A stretch of DNA of 64,000 nucleotides from positions 84,000 through 147,999 of IMG/VR virus record IMGVR_UViG_3300013902_000001, one strand, 5' to 3'. The stretch comes from a virus (lineage: Duplodnaviria; Heunggongvirae; Uroviricota; Caudoviricetes). The translations under genes were made by a program, and so were the position numbers. Every line of letters begins with the position of its first letter. The first letter of the stretch is position 1. This document shows, piece by piece, positions 61,991 through 64,000 of this stretch. The notes under the pieces are model-generated. The model was given only the letters and a program-made list of their open reading frames with translations. It searched no databases and was not told the origin of the DNA.

Positions 61991-63415
61991 TAGGTGGAGA
62001 GATGCTGGAGGGCGAGGATCCGTTGTTTATCCGACCGGAACAGGGAAGTCGAGGACAGCTTTAATGGCAATTGAACGGGTGACTTCTAGAAATCCGAATT
62101 TGGTTATTAGAATTATAGTACCTACAAAAGTTTTAAAAGACCAATGGGAACGGTTAATTGAACAACAACAATGGGATTTAGATTTAAAAGTTTTAATTCT
62201 CAACTCTGCTGCCAAAAAGTCATTTAAATGTGACTTTTTGATACTAGATGAAATCCACCGCTCGAATTCTCTATCCTTTAGACAGATTTTTACTCAATGT
62301 TCTCCCATTTTGATACTTGGATTAACTGCTACTTATGAAAGGTTAGATGGATTTGAAAAAGAAGTGGTAGATCATTACTGTCCAGTCTGTGATACAATTA
62401 CTGTTAAAGAAGCTACTGAAAACGGATGGCTTTCTCCTTATAAAGAATATAAAGTTCTGCTTAATGTCGATTTAACAGAATACAATAAAGCTAATAAAGA
62501 ATTTATTCAGCATTTTTCCTTTTTTGATTTCGACTTTAATTTAGCATTATCTTGTGTAACAAACGTATTTGCACAACAAAAAGTTGCTAAAATGATGAAT
62601 TGTCAATTAAAAGAAGTAAAAGCTCATGCTTTTGCTTGGAATAGGGCTTTACATTTTAGAAAAGAATTTATTGCCAATCACCCAAAGAAAATTGAGATTG
62701 CGAAGAAAATTATAGAAGCTAGAAGTGATAAGAAAATTATTACTTTTAATACTAGTATAGAACAGTGTGAAAAATACGGATTTGGATATATTGTTCATTC
62801 TAAACAATCTAAAAAGAAAAATGCAGACATTCTAGAAGAATTTTCTCATTGCACTTCTGGGGTGATTCATAGTAGTAAACTTTTAATAGAAGGACTTGAT
62901 TGTCCTGGATTAAGTGTTGCTATTATTACAGGCTTCAATTCTTCTAAAACATCTAAAGTCCAAGAGGTTAATATATTTGCGTAGGCCTCTTAATCTGCCT
63001 AATTCTGGGGATGAACTCAAAGAGTCAATCCAGAGCTATAAAGAATGTGAAACGACTATCTCGAAAGAGAGTACACTATAAGCTAATGATAGTGGAAACG
63101 GCAGACGTATTAAAACGAAGATATAGTCTAATCTATATGGTGACATATAGCAGTTCATAAGAGAACGCATATAATCTTGCGAATTATATGGAATATAAAT
63201 GTGGGCGATGTATTCGAAAAGAAGAAGGAAAGACTGCAGAAATTTTTACGTTAGTTTTACGGGGAACAGTTGAGGATCAATGGTTTAAGAAATCTTCCGA
63301 AGACCTCAATTTCATAGAAATCAACGAATCCGAGTTAGACTTAGTATTACAAGGCAAATTAAACAAGAATGAAAAAACTCAAGATAAAGTCAATAATGAT
63401 CTTTTAAGAAAATGA
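61956..63415 (+). CDS. SF2 helicase (UvsW/RecG-like) interrupted by an ORF-less group I intron of about 200 nt (about 62985-63187)
   Basis: Exon 1 motifs: motif I YPTGTGKS, motif II FLILDEIHR, motif III LGLTATYER. Exon 2 (63188..63415) carries motif VI YKCGRCIRKEEG. The spacer holds a group I S-like element aagatatagtcta (63119-63131). Confidence 0.55.
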
Positions 63416-63744
63416 GAACTGGTAACGCTAATTCAAATTTTACAGTTACTGATAATACTTTATCAGGATCCGGAATATGGTCTCAAATCCATTACTCAGA
63501 CATTGATTTTATAGCTCCTTACATTTCAGGTGATAGAAAATGGGCATTGGATGAATTAGAAGATCCTAGTTTACCATTAGTAGAAGACTGGAATAAGGTT
63601 AAAAATTTAATTGATTCAGAAGACGATGAATCCGTAAATCTAGGTTTTGAGTTATTAAATGGACACAGATACCCTAGAGGTATTGTAAATAAATTAATTA
63701 TAATTAAAGGTTTAAATAAATTATTCAAAATTAAAAAATTCTAA
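63412..63744 (+). CDS. Paralog-family member I
   Basis: WALDELEDPSLPLVEDWNKV...DESVNLGFELL. Confidence 0.3.
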   Translation: MRTGNANSNFTVTDNTLSGSGIWSQIHYSDIDFIAPYISGDRKWALDELEDPSLPLVEDWNKVKNLIDSEDDESVNLGFELLNGHRYPRGIVNKLIIIKGLNKLFKIKKF

Positions 63745-64000
63745 ATTACAGGTAACTTACTAAACGGACTAAATCCTATACTTAGTATGAGTAATTGCGA
63801 GATTATTCATACCTATGAAGAATTTAGAATTATCGATTGAGAAAGAAATCGAATTTATGAACCGCTACCAATTAACCGCTGATGAGTTATTTCTCGTTAA
63901 GTTAATTTGGTATGCTCAGGATGAACATCCTGAATTTTTGGAAAACTATTTCTCTAGAAATTCTTTGGGAAAGTCGGTTAGGGAGCTTTTAATGTGTCTA

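Noticed and set aside
1-64000. Prophage or host junction
   Set aside because: No integrase, attachment-site-like repeats, rRNA or host housekeeping genes appear. Composition and gene content are phage-like across the whole window.

Overview
The whole 64 kb window looks like part of a large, AT-rich (about 30% GC) tailed-phage genome, with jumbo-phage-like content and no host flank or integrase. It has two modules. (1) Positions 1 to about 20.7 kb are a minus-strand late module: large terminase, virion proteins, a GroES/GroEL pair, lysis enzymes. The six-frame track shatters it into short ORFs because TAG (amber) is read as a sense codon there. Consecutive minus-strand ORFs sit in one frame separated only by TAG, while TAA and TGA end genes. 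(2) About 22.9 to 64 kb is a plus-strand early/middle module read in the standard code. It carries helicases, a family-B DNA polymerase, ThyX, RNase H, ClpP, polynucleotide kinase, an RNA ligase, AAA+ ATPases, a MoxR/VWA pair, an NfeD-flotillin pair and a tandem array of small paralogous genes. Between the modules lie a 50%-GC single-gene island, a winged-helix regulator with iteron-like repeats, and conserved hairpins. The window is crowded with selfish or self-splicing elements. These are a LAGLIDADG intein in the terminase and a split-intein 'fractured' RNA ligase gene with free-standing endonuclease genes between the halves. There is also a group I intron carrying a LAGLIDADG gene (itself containing in-frame TAGs) inside an AAA_5 ATPase gene, and an ORF-less group I intron in a helicase gene. 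At least two tRNA genes look interrupted by about 225 to 256 nt introns in the anticodon loop. One is tRNA-Leu(UAA) with the intron at the classic U34/A35 position. The other is a candidate amber-suppressor tRNA(CUA) sitting inside the TAG-recoded late module, and it is the most interesting feature. All gene calls were made by eye against motifs recalled from memory, so coordinates of TAG-merged genes are approximate.
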